A stretch of 64,000 bases of DNA from Lama guanicoe (Eukaryota), in the NCBI GenBank assembly GCA_013239625.1, contig MU053561.1:2372283-2436282 (forward strand). Direction: 5' to 3'. Shown here in pieces: positions 47,960-59,965 of this stretch (position 1 is the stretch's first letter; each line of letters begins with the position of its first letter). The notes under the pieces are model-generated. The model did no database searches. It was not told the origin of the DNA and worked only from the letters and a program-made list of their open reading frames with translations. The translations under genes and the position numbers were made by a program.

Positions 47960-49879
47960 AGCAGGACAAATCAGGAGACTTGGGGTGCACGGGGGTGGGG
48001 GGGCGAGGGGGAGAGCCAGGAGAGGGCGACTTCCAGGGTTCTGATTTGAGCAATCTGCCGTTTCCAAGGGGTGTACGCAGGAGGGGCAGCGGGCTTAGAG
48101 ATGGACGAGGGTGCATTCCAGCGTGGACATGTTCGATTTTGTGGTCCCTGCAGGACAGAGGGTGAGATTCCACGAAGCAGCTGGATGTGTGGGGCCAGAG
48201 CTCACTCAGGGAGCGTGGGCTGGGGGTGCAGATATCCCCATCTGCAGAGGGGCCGGTTGAAACAGAGGAGTGGACAAGGTCTCCCAGGGGACACGTGCAA
48301 AGAAAGTGTCAAGGGAGGCTCCCAAATCCTGGAGAGATGAATGTTTCAAATTCTCTCTCTCTCCACACACACCTTTATATTCTTCTTCTTCTTCTTTTTT
48401 TTTTTTCAGTATTGGCCTGTTGCTTTGCCATGATTTTCCTGTTATTTCATGTGCATCACTCTTTGGGTTTTGGTGTCAGAACCAGACGACGTCTGCTTGC
48501 TTCTGCAGAGGCAGCAGGATGCTGTGAGCTCTACCTCCCTGCCAGGTGGTGCTCACCCCGCTCTCCTGACAGGAGCTGCTTGTTGGTCACTTTACCTCTC
48601 AGTGCATCAGCTTGGTTTCTCCTCCAGGCCATCCTTAGCCCACCCTGTACTGCTGATGGATGGCTGGAGGAGACAGACTCAATGGCCCTGCTCTGAGGTG
48701 TCTGAGGTAAGGCTGCTCTCTTTAAGGCTTATTAAGGAGCTGGGCAGAAACCTTGCACCTTGAGGGTGGATCAGATGTATAGAGATGATTAAAGTCACTG
48801 CTCCCACTTCCTTCAGCCTCCCCAGGCCTGGGGAGGGATCCAGTTAGCGTGGGCACCTCCTGAGTCCCAGGTGTCGCTCCTTTACTTACTCTGAGGGAAG
48901 GAAAATTATGTGGACCCCCTCAGGCACTTCGCGCTCTAGCTCAGTAAAAGATGCCTTGAAGAAAAGTAAAGCAATTTCCCCAAAGTCACATGAACTTTAA
49001 TTACGAACTCAGGATTTGGAGCTGGCTCTGGTTGACTCTAAAGCTCTTCCCACTGTGAAATGACCCTCTCCTCTGCCGTCTTCTCCCCGCCACCCGGTTC
49101 TCCCTTCCTTCCTTGGCTGTACTCCGTGCTTATTCCAGCAGCGCGTGCGCCAGCACAGGACTCATTCTGCTGAAGTCCTGGGGCATCTCTGCCCCGAAAT
49201 AAACACAGTCTGTCAGCCAGCAGCTCGTGAACCAGTCAGCCAGTCAGTGGGTGTGTACCATCCAGGATGCCCCCCGGGGGGTGGAGGGATGGAGGAAACA
49301 ATACGAGAGAGCGAGCTTTACATCATAGACTTCCTGTGCCGCTGGAAATCTGAGTGCTGGGTGTTCTAACCCGTCACCCCACAGCAGTAGCTTCTATGTA
49401 ATGCACATTCCGTGTCGTTCTGGTCTCAGATGAGTTGGGAGGTGGGCAGAGTGGGCCCTCTCACCCATTCACTGAAATGAAGCCAGCAGAGACCTGCCCG
49501 TCCAGCTGGGCAGGCCCCGGGGCCCGACGCAGGCTGTCTTGAGTGACAGACTCAGCAGTCTTGTCATTTCAGCTCACAGCCTTTCTGAGGTTACTCAGCA
49601 AGAGCGTCCTCCGCGAGAGACCCCCCCTGTGACGAGCCAGCCTCTGTCAGAGCATCAGCTGCCACAGGAAGTCCTCCCAGCCTCCCCGTTCAGTGGGGAT
49701 GAGCTCTCCCGCCCCAGTGCTCCCTTTCGCAGTCAGGAGGAGACGTGTGTGAACACAAGCCCTGGAACCGGGGGCCTGGGAAGGAGGTCGAGTCTTGGCA
49801 AGGCATCTCCGCGTGCCTGGCGTCCCTGGCTGGGAAGGGCGGCCTCTGTGCCTGCAGGGACTTCTGCACAGCAGCGCCG

Positions 49880-49970
49880 TTTCCTCATACCTGAGCTATC
49901 CACAGCTGCACCAGCCACTCCCGGGAGCCCACTATTTAAGGCCAGCGCACCCGCGCTGGCTGTGAGTCAC
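49880..49970 (+). promoter_or_regulatory. VTCN1: VTCN1 core promoter: TATA-like TATTTAA (49933-49939) and AP-1 TGAGTCA (49963-49969) at the probable TSS
   Basis: TATA ~29 bp upstream of gtgagtcac, which matches my recollection of the start of the human VTCN1 mRNA; GC/CpG-enriched surroundings. Confidence 0.75.
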
Positions 49971-50045
49971 GGCTCCAGGAGGGCAGCGGCAGCACCACTC
50001 ACCCCCGCATCCAGCGCGCTGCGGGAAGGGTCCCTTCCCCTCGCC
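49962..50045 (+). other. VTCN1: VTCN1 exon 1 5' UTR
   Basis: gtgagtcac...aggagggcagcggcagcaccactcac...ccttcccctcgccATG resembles human GTGAGTCACCAAGGAAGGCAGCGGCAGCTCCACTCAG...CCTTCCCCAGCCATG (from memory). Confidence 0.8.
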
Positions 50046-50077
50046 ATGGCTTCCCCGGGGCAGTTCATCTTCTGGAG
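50046..50077 (+). CDS. VTCN1: V-set domain-containing T-cell activation inhibitor 1 (B7-H4), coding exon 1 (signal-peptide start)
   Basis: strong Kozak gccATGG; 32 nt encoding MASPGQFIFW+AG (human MASLGQILFWS); phase-2 donor AG|GTAGTG at 50078. Confidence 0.92.
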
Positions 50078-51081
50078 GTAGTGTGCTCGTCTCTGTCCTC
50101 ACAGGGGAAGGGAACAGGGGTGAGGTCTTTTGTGGGGTGCTGAGGACTGCTGGGCTGTCCCACCTGCACCCTTACCTGATCTAGCATTGGGCTGGTGGGA
50201 ACCTGGCCAGACCAGAGTCTAACCGGACTCAGCTTAACATCACTCCCCAGCCACCTGAGGCCCCTGGTCAGGGCGAGGTCGGTGTTCTGCCCTAGAGGGC
50301 TGGCACCTGCCAGGGCAGCTCTGCACCAAGGAGCGTGTGTGCCAGGCTGAGATGTCAAGGCTCTTGTCGGGGCATCGAGCTGGGTGGCACAGGGCTGGCT
50401 GCTTGGTGGCTGGAAGGGAATCAGTGACTGATGATGGGTGGAATGTAGGGGGACCCTCTGTCCAGCCTCCAGGATGAAGGAGGCAAGCATGCTCTGTGGG
50501 TGTGACGTCTCAGCACTGCTGAGTAATTCACACCGACACCCCTCCTCCACCCTGGCTCCAGGGTGGGGTCCCTAGTTTTGCTGGGGGCTCTTTGGAGAGG
50601 AGATCCCTATTGCTGCTGCCGAGAAAACAGACCTTTGTGGAAGGCCAGAGTCAGCCCACCCCGGGGCCTGGGATGGGGGTGGGGAGGACGTACAGAAACA
50701 GCAGGAGACGAGGAGTGAGGGGACCATGTAACTGTGGTTGCACAAGTCCATCAGTAGAGCTGAGAGGATGGAGGAGGAGGATCTGTGGGGTGAGCCGAAC
50801 CCCCCAGATGAAGAAAGCCCTCTCTCTTACCTTTCTCTCCTCCCATGTAGTGACCTCCAGTTGCCTCTTTATCCCTCAGGCTGTCACTAACCTTTCTGGA
50901 AGGAGAGAGATGGAAAGTGAAGGAAGGGTTTTCCTGAAATGGTTGGTGATTCAATGTGGGTCACAACTCAGGATGGTGTTTAGGGAGACTGGTGGCTCTG
51001 GGGGTTCTTTGTGTCTTTTCCAGTGAGAGGGAAAGAAGGGAGGAGGAACAGAAATCTCAGATTAACAGTGGCGTTTTGGCA

Positions 51082-51178
51082 GGGAGTGGGCATAGCTCAG
51101 TGATAGAGTGTGTGCTTAGCATGCGTGAGGTCCTGGGTTCAAACCCCAGCACCTCCATACACAAAAAGTTTTTTTAAA
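51082..51178 (+). mobile_element. tRNA-Ala-derived SINE (vic-1 type)
   Basis: gggcatagctcagtgatagagtgtgtgcttagcatgcgtgaggtcctgggttcaaaccccagcacctcca + A-rich tail; aacagtgg flanks. Confidence 0.9.
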
Positions 51179-52409
51179 AACAGTGGTTTCTAAAGAGACT
51201 GAAAGGACGTTACTTCCCAGAGGCAGCCTAGAAAGTTCTCTTCCTTAGAACAAAGTGTCAGCTCCCTCACTTGTGTCCATCTAGAGCCTGCAGCAGAGTC
51301 GGGGGGACTCTGGGTGATGCCCAGGTTCCCGGGCAGCATCCCCATCCTGCGCCCCACAAGGACACTCTGCTCCTGTCCATCCACACTTGTCTGCCCTGCA
51401 AGGATGTCCCAGGAAGTACCCGCGTCAGAGGAGCTCTCGCTTTGCCAGCTCCTTCTGTCTCCGTGCCCTGGGCTAGGTGTCTTACAGAAGCCTCCTTTAA
51501 TCCTCACCACAGCCTGTGAGCGTTCATTATCCCCTCTGGGAAGTTAAGTCATGTGCTCACGGCCACACACACAGCCTGGAAAAGGGCAGGGCAGTGTTGA
51601 AATCCACCCTACCTAATTCTGAAACCCAAGCTCTCTCCGGGGTGCCGCGCTTCCCCCAACTCCCTGCCCGTCCCAGCCCCTCCTCCCCTCATTCCTTGGT
51701 TCCGTGGATGTGAAACACGCCTCACTCAACAAGTGGCTCTGTTGTTCCAAAGAAGGATGTGTGGGCTTTCTAATAATACATTGCAACCAGCCTGACTGGT
51801 TTTGCGGGAGGGTTAGCAGGAGGTGGGTGTTCAAAATGCGGACCCCCCACCCTCTAGAGACCCAGTGGCCTCCACAGAGGCTCCTCTTGTTGGCTCCGGC
51901 ATGCCTCTGGAGCTGTTCATCCTCTGCAGTTGCAGAAACAGTGACGAGCTAGCAAGATCGGTGCAAGGAGACCGCCCGGGAGGAGGGTCGATGCGCAGGC
52001 TCTGTGGGAAGCAGGGTCGGAGGGCTCTTCCAGGGGAGCAGGTGGAGCCCCCTGGGGGAAGCCGGTGTCCATTCTCAGCCCTAACAAGGCTTCTTTCTTC
52101 ACCATCATTTCCTTAATTGGTAATAATACCGTTTATTGAGTTGATCATGACCGTTGGTGGCGTGAGAGAGTTCATGGGAGGATCTGCAGTCCTCTGCCGA
52201 TCCTGTGGATTATTTTCTTTAATATTTACCAGAGAGCTTCCTACCTGCAAATCTCATGCTTGGAATGCATGCCACTTGGGGATGGAATGCTGGTGCGCAG
52301 GTCCTACCCGGCCTGACCTCCATGGTACATTTAGAAGCTGTGTGGTCAGAACTCTCTTCCCTTTTTCCCTTTGTGGCTGTCAAAGAGAGCAGCCTTCACC
52401 AGTGGAGCA

Positions 52410-52868
52410 GTTTTTTTTTTTAATTAAAGTATAGTTGATGTACAATATTATATAAGTGACAGGTGCACAATATAGTGATTCACAATTTTTAAAAGTTATA
52501 CTCTGTTTACAGTTATTGTAAAATATTTGCTATATTCTCCATGTTGTATAATGTATCCTTCTACCTAATTTTTTACATACTAGTTTGTACCTCTTACTTC
52601 CCTAATCCTACTTTGCCCTCCCCTCTTCCCCCTCCCCGCTGGTAATCACTGTTTCGTTTTCTGTATTTATGAGTCTGCTTCTTTTTTGTAATATTCACTA
52701 GTTTGTTATATTTTTTTTAGATTTCATATGTATATGATACCATACAGTATTTGTCTTTCTCTGTCTGACTTATTTCACTTAGCATAATGCCCTCCAAATC
52801 CATCCAAGTTGCTGCAAATGGCAAAACGTCATTCTTTTTTATGGCTGAGTAGTATTCCATTGTGTATA

Positions 52869-52900
<32 letters not shown>

Positions 52901-53827
52901 CCACCTCTTCTTTATCCACTCATCTGTTGATGGATACTTAGGTTGTTTCCATATCTTGGCTATTGTAAATAGTGCTGCTATGAACATTGGGGTGCATGTA
53001 TCTTTTCAAATTAGTGTTTTTGATTTTTCTGATATATACCCAGGAGTGGGATTGCTAGGTTATATGGTAGTTCTATTTTTGGTTTTTTGAGAAACCTCCA
53101 TGCTGTTTTTCACAGGGGCTACACCAATTTCCATTCCCATCAACAATGTACAAGGGTTCCCTTTTCTCCGCATCCTCACCAACCTTTGTTATTTGTGTTC
53201 TTTTTAATTATAGCCATTCTGACAGGTGTGAGGTGATATCTCTTTGTGGTTTTGATTTGCATTTTCCTGATGATTAGTGATGCTGAGCATCTTTTCATGT
53301 GCCTGTTGGCCATCTGCATTTCCTCTTTAGAAAAATGTCTGTCTAGTTCTTCTGTCCATTTTTAAATCAAGTTGTTTGTTTTTTTGACATTGAGATGTAT
53401 GGGCTGTTTATATTTGTTGGATATTAACCCCTTATCGGTCATATCATTTGCAAATATTTTCTCCCATTCAGTAGGTTGTCTTTTCATTTCGTTGATGGTT
53501 TCCTTTGCAGTGCAAAAGCTTTAAAGTTTAATTAGGTCCCATTTGTTTATTTTTGCTTTTAATTTCTTTCCTTTAGGAGACAGATCTAAAAAAATATTGC
53601 TGCAATTTATGTCAAAGAGTGTTCTGCCAGTTCCACTAGGAGTTTTACAGTATCCGGTCTTACATTGAGGTCTTTAATCCATTTTGAGTTTATTTCTGTA
53701 GATGATGTTAGAGAATGTTCTAATTTCATCCTTTTACATATGGCCAGTTTTCCCACATGACTTGTTGAAGAGACTGTCTTTTCTCCATTATATATTCTTG
53801 CTTCTTTTGTCTTAGATTAATTGACCA
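52410..53827 (-). mobile_element. 5'-truncated L1, antisense in the VTCN1 intron
   Basis: poly-T, taattaaagtatagttgatgtacaat; antisense ORF2 end (gtgctgctatgaacattggggtgcatg, ttgttgaagagactgtc). Confidence 0.95.
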
Positions 53828-53914
53828 GAAGTGTGACCTGTGGAACATTTGAGTGCCTGCTAGGGGTCCATGGATGAAAAAGCCGTGATCCCTGCTCTGA
53901 AGGGGTTACGTTCT

Positions 53915-55010
53915 GGTCAACAACATTAACTGAGCACCTACTGTGTGCTAGGCACTGTACAAAGGGAACTAAAATATTGATAAGATTATAAGCTAATGGG
54001 GAAGAAAGACTCCCAAACTGACAATCCCAACCTGCTGTTCGTAAGTCATGAGACAATAGGGCAGAATGCAGCAGAAACATGTCCCTACCCTGAGGCTCTG
54101 GGGAAGGTATTCTGAGCCAGGTGATAGCTGGGCTCAGTCTTGAAGGACAAATTAGCATGATCCAGGTGAGGAAGGATGGGAAGAACCCTCTAGGCAGAGG
54201 GGGTGGGACAGGACAGGATGGGGTGTTGGAAAGCTACAAGCGACTCTGTATCATCCTCAGGGCATGACGTTGGAGGCAGGGGTGCTGAGAGGGGGCTGGA
54301 GAGACTGCGCCAGGCCATGTGGGCCTTCCCTAGCAGACGCCAAGCCAGGAATTTGGTGTGGGCGATGAGGAGTCATCGAAGGTCACAAACAGGGGGACCT
54401 TGGTGGTTTTCATCTCAGGCAGGTTATTCTAGAGGCAGCGTGGAGGGTGGAGACAAGGACGGCGAACCCAGAGACCAGGAGAATAGGCAGGGAAACAGGT
54501 GCACAAAGAATGATAAGGACCCGAAGTAGAGAATGACAGCAGGGACACAGAGAAGTCAAATTCAAGAAATGTTTAGGACTTAAAATTGGTGATATTTGGC
54601 CAATGACTTTAGGGGACAGTAGGGCAGTACAGGATAGGAACGGGTGAGGCAAAGGGTGGAGCCAAGAATGACCCCCATGTTCCTGGATTGGATACAGTGA
54701 GTTGGGGGAGAGGGAGGAGAGGTGAGAGTTAGTAAACTTTGGTATCTGTTGAATTTGAGGCTCCCCTGGGAACTTTAAGTGGAGATGCTCAGTGGACAGC
54801 AGAAGCCTTCAGGCTGGAACTGACGTGGTCAGGGCTAGAGATGTCACTGTGAGAGTCACAAGCAGGAGGCAGGGGACAGTCACCTGGGAAGCCTTCTAAG
54901 AGCACACAGAAGGAGAAGAGCAGGGACTGGGGATGGGAGGCAGAAGAAAGCAACATTTAAGGATGGGCCGAGGAAGAGGAGTCAGAGAAAGAGCTGGGAG
55001 CAAATGATGG
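53915..55010 (-). mobile_element. L2 fragment
   Basis: caacattaactgagcacctactgtgtgctaggcactgt...gtcttgaaggac...ctgttgaatttgagg. Confidence 0.8.
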
Positions 55011-56321
55011 AGAGGTGGGACAAGACTGGGATGGAGGAGGATCATGCATGGGTCAACAGAACAGAGTTTCATGGAGCACCCAAGGCTGGTAGGAGCATCA
55101 TACAGGCCTAGTGCTGATGGGTTGGAGGGATCCAAACCAGACAAGAACATGGGCTATGCAGGATTTAAGCAGAACTCATGTGGCTTTTCCCAGAAGGTGA
55201 GGAGGACGTGCTGCCAAGTAGCTCCCGAACCCAAGTGCAGCCAGGAAGGGGCAAGAATCCTGAGTCAAGGCTCATGGGTGTGTTGAGCATTAAGTCAACA
55301 GAGAACATCAAAGAGCTGTCGCATCTGGTACCTCTCCTTCTAGACAGCAGGGACGCCAGCTAAAGCAGAAGTGAGGCCCAGCTGGCACAAGTTCAAATTG
55401 TTACTCTGCTCTCCTTCCTTTCCTCCCCACATGCCTGTCCCTTCTTGTTTCTTCCCTCCTTCCCTTCCTCCCTCCCTCCCTTCCTTCCTTCTCCCTGGAG
55501 TCTTCATCCATCCCCAGGCTCTTCTATCTGAAGAGAGCTCTTCGGAACATTTAGGATTTGGGGAAATCACCAGTCACAATGAGGTTGATGAAACATGTCA
55601 AAGGAAGGAAGCTACGGCCTAGAGAAGGAGCAGAAATCTTTCTACCAGAGGAAGGTGGAATAGAGAATGAGGGAGACCAGAACAAGGGATGCTCTGGGAA
55701 CCTTGCTCCAGAATCTTGGTATTCCATTGCCCCCAAGTTTTTTAGCTGATGGCTGGCTCAGACATACCAGACTTTGATGGCCAGACGAACGGTGGTTGGC
55801 AACAGAATGAAAGTTTGCCTAGTAAGCAAGTCTTACCCAAGGCTTGGCCTAGGGAGGACCTCAGCACAGGCCATGTTGACGCTTGACACCCCACTGAGAT
55901 AGGAAAAGTGGGCCCGAATTTCAGACTCTCTGAGCCTATGAAACCCGAGACCTCAGGGCCTTCAGAGCTCATCCTCATGAACAGGACAGGGAGCTGGAAA
56001 AGGAGATGAACTGCACATTGGAAGAAAGACTTAAACAGGTGGCACCTGTGTTTCTGCCCACATCCAGGGTGGGTTGTTCTCTGACGATGGTGCTCTAGCC
56101 CCATCTTCACCTGTTGCAATGCGACCCATCTCTTTCAACATTCAGCTCAAGTGCCACTTCCATTCTGAAGTCTTTCTGGGTCTTTCTAGTTGCAGTTAGT
56201 GGCTCCTGTTATGTTTGTGGTTGGCCACGTTGATGAATACCTGCTTCCGGTGCCCGTCTGTTTTCCTCAGCAGGAATGGCTCCTTAAGGACCTGGCCTTT
56301 GTCTTGTCCCTTGGTGTAGGG

Positions 56322-56520
56322 AGGCAGTGTAGCTCCATGGCTACACATCAAGGCTCTGGAATTAGACTGCCTGGGTTCAAATCCTTGTGCCACCTTGAAC
56401 TCTGTGAGCCTCAGTTCACCTACCTATGAAATGGGCTGATAATAGAACCTAACTCCTAGAGTTGTATGAATGACATGTGATATTCATAATTATGTGCCTG
56501 GCAATCCTAAGAGCTATTGC
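56322..56520 (+). mobile_element. MIR SINE
   Basis: ggctctggaattagactgcctgggttcaaatcc...ctctgtgagcctcagtt. Confidence 0.85.
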
Positions 56521-57199
56521 TAGGATCTTTGTAAATGCTTCTACAATGGCTGACACATGGCTGTGAAATACACATTCTAGTGAGGGTAGTCTTAGATAAA
56601 TTGCCACTGGGGTCTCTTAATGACAGTAACAACACCCTGGAAAATATTCATAGAATTTTTCAGCTTCTTGTTTTGAAAAAGAAAAATCAAGTCTGCCCCC
56701 CCTTTTTGTTGTCTGTGAGTCTGAGACACAATCCTTCTGTAAACCTGAGGATGATGAGCATTTAGAATAAATGTCTGACTCTGCCAGGATCAAGCATGAA
56801 TGTGGGTGAGGTGAGTCTGGGAGTCCAAGCTCAGTCTAAATCTTCTGAACGAGGCACTGCTGATGTCAAGAGCTACAGCCTTCAGGGGCAGCTGGGGCTA
56901 CAGAGCTATGACCAAGCACTGGGTAGTGGTTAACTACTAAACCACCCCACACTCCTGCTAATTATCTCCATTTCATAGATGCAAATGTTGAGGCAACTCA
57001 ACCTGCTCAGTGTCTCCTGGGCAGCCAAGGGCAGGAACCAACAAGTTCCCACTAGACCTCGGTGCTGACTTTTATTAGAAAATTATCTTTCTAATCAGCT
57101 CTGCCTCATCTCCTGCCACTTAAAGCGGAACCCAGCTCATCACTGGCAAAACTCACTTCCTCAGGGACCAATGACTGTTAGGGCAGAAGAGTCCTTAGC

Positions 57200-57677
57200 T
57201 GGAAAACTACTCAGCCATAAAAAAAGAATAAAATAATGCCATTTGCAGCAACATGGGTGGATCTAGAGATTGTCATACTAAGAGAAGTAAGCCAGAAAGA
57301 AAAAGAGAAATATCATATGATATCACTCATATGTGGAATCTTAAAAAAAAGAAGGACACAAATGAACTTATTTACAAAACAGAAACAGATTCACAGACAG
57401 AGAACAAACTTAGGGTTACCAGGAGGGAAAAGTGGTGGGAGGGGATACATTGGGAGTTCAAGATTTGTAGATAGTAACTACTATATATAAAATAAACAAT
57501 AAGTTTCTTCTGTATAGCATAGGGAACTATATTCAATATCTTGTAGTAACTTATCATGAAAAAGAATATGAAAATGTATGTATGTATGTATGTACATGTA
57601 TGACTAAAACATTATGTTGTACGCCAGAAATTGATACCACATTGTAAACTGACTAGACTTCAATTAAAAAAGAAAAA
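57200..57677 (+). mobile_element. young L1 3' end (sense to VTCN1)
   Basis: ORF 57236 (PFAATWVDLEIVILREVSQKEKEKYHMISLICGI); A tail; degenerate TSD agaagagtccttagc / agaaggtctcttagc. Confidence 0.93.
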
Positions 57678-58109
57678 AGAAGGTCTCTTAGCCAGCCGAG
57701 GAGGGCGCTGTCCCCAGAATAGCCGGGCACCTGTGGATTATCAGCCCCCGCGTGTGTTGTTTCAGGTGGTCGCTCTAGATGAGTGAGTGCAGGAATGAGA
57801 AGTGACTGAAATTCAGTGAAAATTACATCCTTTCAGAGCTTGAAAATTCAGAAAGTCACTACCCCTCCTCATTTTATTGATGGGATAATAAGAATAAATT
57901 GTGCAACTTGCCTAAGGGTCATCAGTTTAAAAATGGGGTAGAACAAGGCTCTTTCAATGATTTGATATCGCCCGGTGACCCTAGCTAAAAAACTGTGGTG
58001 GACCCCAGCTGACCACAGTTTACCTAGACATCAAGGATCCTAAATCTGAGACCAGAGCTTCAACCATCTTTACCCTGGACAAATGAAGAAGTGGAAACAA
58101 CGTCGGTGT

Positions 58110-58402
58110 GGGAGTTAGTCTGACCTGTGTTCAGATTCCAGCTCTCTCTGCTTCCTAGCTGGGTGACCTCAAGTAAGTGCCTTAACCTCTCTGTGTTCTC
58201 ATTTCCTCAGTAAGTTGGAGTTAATAGTAGTACCAACCTCGTAGTTGTTGTGAAGACTAAATGAGTTAATACATGTAAAGAGTTTGGGACATTGTGCTGT
58301 ACACCAGAAACCGACACATTGTCATTGACTACACTTCAAGTTTTTAAAAAGGGAGCTCAGAGCAGCACCTTGCCACAGTTAGCACCATGTGTGTTAGCTA
58401 CT
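58110..58402 (+). mobile_element. MIR SINE containing a ~60-bp L1 3' tip (58289-58350)
   Basis: cttaacctctctgtgttctcatttcctc...atgagttaatacatgtaaag; insert acattgtgctgtacaccagaaaccgacacattg...cttcaa. Confidence 0.85.
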
Positions 58403-58619
58403 CTCACTCAGCCCCTCCCCGTGGTTTTTACAGAATAACAAAGCCCCTCCCTCTGAGGGAGAGGAATGACAAGCCCAAAAGTAGCAGCTGGGCTTAGAGG
58501 AACTCTGCATCCAAATTCTTCTGGGATTTCAGTGGACTCGAGATAGCTTCCCTAGTCCTAGTTTCTGTGAGATACAGGAACGCGCTTGGCCGCCTGGGGT
58601 GATAGCACTCCCTCCATAG

Positions 58620-58765
58620 GCCGTGTGGTCTCCTGAGGGCGGCAGCCGCAGCACCTGGGCCTGTCAGAAGTGCCAGTTCTCACCCCCTGCTCAGACCTAC
58701 AGAATCCCACACTGGGGGTGGGGCCGGGCAACCTGCGCTTTAACAAGCCCTCCAGGTGAAGCTGT
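58620..58765 (+). mobile_element. MER5A fragment
   Basis: cagacctacagaatc...gggggtggggcc...tttaacaagccctccaggtga. Confidence 0.8.
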
Positions 58766-59744
58766 TAGCCTTCTCTCTGGGCTCCTGGACTCCTCCCCGC
58801 AAGCACGAGGGCTGAATCCAGGTGGAGATAAATTTCACCCGGGACCACCCATCACTCCTCATTTCTCCTTAAGACGCGTTCTAAAGAGGAGGCAGACGGG
58901 CTTTGGCGAAAACAAAGGGGGAAAAACCATGGCGTTTCTGCAGGTAAGAAACCCAGGTTATATTTCTCTTTAGGTTAGCTTTCCACAGTCCCAAACCGTC
59001 TGCCTGGAATGTTTCAGATTTACCGTCTCGTCACTTCCAAATGTATTCCTACGACTCCCAGCAGAGCAGTAATGGGAGAAAAGGCCGACAGTTTCCCCTC
59101 TTTCTTTCTCTGCAGATTTGGAATGAAAAATTTCATAAAATAAAAGGCATAAAGGATTTGAGAGGTACGGAGAGCATCCATAAAATGTTGGGGCACTGAA
59201 TTGTCTATTTTAGCTTTCTGTCTTGGCTCTTCACGGCGTCCTCCTCCCTCTTCTCCCCAAAAAGCCATCTCACCCCTCTCTTCTCTCTTCAGGCCTCCTG
59301 CAAGCCTCCTCCGCTCCAACCTCCTACCCCGGTCTCAGATGATTGTCTTGCTTTATCCTTCACTGAGAAAACAGGAGCCAGCAGAGCGGTACTTTTCCAC
59401 ACGTACCTGCCGTATCATCTGTGCACTTTTCACTGCCTCCCCTCATGGAACCAGAGGACTAGCCCAGCTGCTTTCAAAGAGCAAACCCTCTGCACCCTGA
59501 ATCCACCTCATCCCTCCCGCTTCAGCCAGCATCCTCCCCTCTCTGCTCCCCCAGTATCCCTGCAGCATGCAACCCGAGCGTCAGTGTTTTCCATCTTTAA
59601 AGGCAAGCCCCCTCTCAGCCCCCTGACCTCTCCAGCTCCCGCCACGCCTCTCTTTTCCCTTCTTGGCAAACTTGCTGAAAGCCGCCAGGAATTAGTGGTC
59701 TTATGACTTGCCGGTGTTGTAGAGGGAACGTGAGGTGGCGGCAT

Positions 59745-59965
59745 CCGGTGCAGACGGGAGCCAGGCAGCCTGGGTACAAGCCCAGCTCTGCCCCTTTCAC
59801 ACAGGTGCGTTGGCAGGTTGTTTAACCTCTCTGTGCCCGAGTTCCTCATCTGTAAAATGGGCATGACATTAGAATCTAATTGGAAGATTGTGAGAAGAAT
59901 GTGAGTTAATTCATATAAAGCACTTAGCAGACACGTATTGTAAACCATGTATTCTATTATTACTC
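59745..59965 (+). mobile_element. MIR SINE
   Basis: tttaacctctctgtgcccgagttcctcatctgtaaaatggg. Confidence 0.9.

Larger units (their letters stand above)
46625..48330 (-). mobile_element. L2 fragments hosting a SINE and an MLT1
   Basis: tcctccaggagttcacagacta; gatcagactggcattttaggaaaatcactct; cagggttctgatttgagcaa. Confidence 0.7.

Noticed and set aside
48125..48134. p53 half-site GGACATGTTC
   Set aside because: Isolated half-site inside an L2 remnant with no adjacent second half.
1..49900. Possible lncRNA exons upstream of VTCN1
   Set aside because: Cannot be located from sequence alone; needs transcript data or alignment.
49539..50081. 180-aa ORF overlapping the promoter
   Set aside because: Non-ATG start in GC-rich promoter sequence; only the last 11 codons are real (VTCN1 exon 1).
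51082..51156. tRNA-Ala(AGC)-like sequence (also at 12720, 25961, 41108, 46954)
   Set aside because: A-rich tails, TSDs and stem-disrupting mutations identify these as SINE copies, not tRNA genes.
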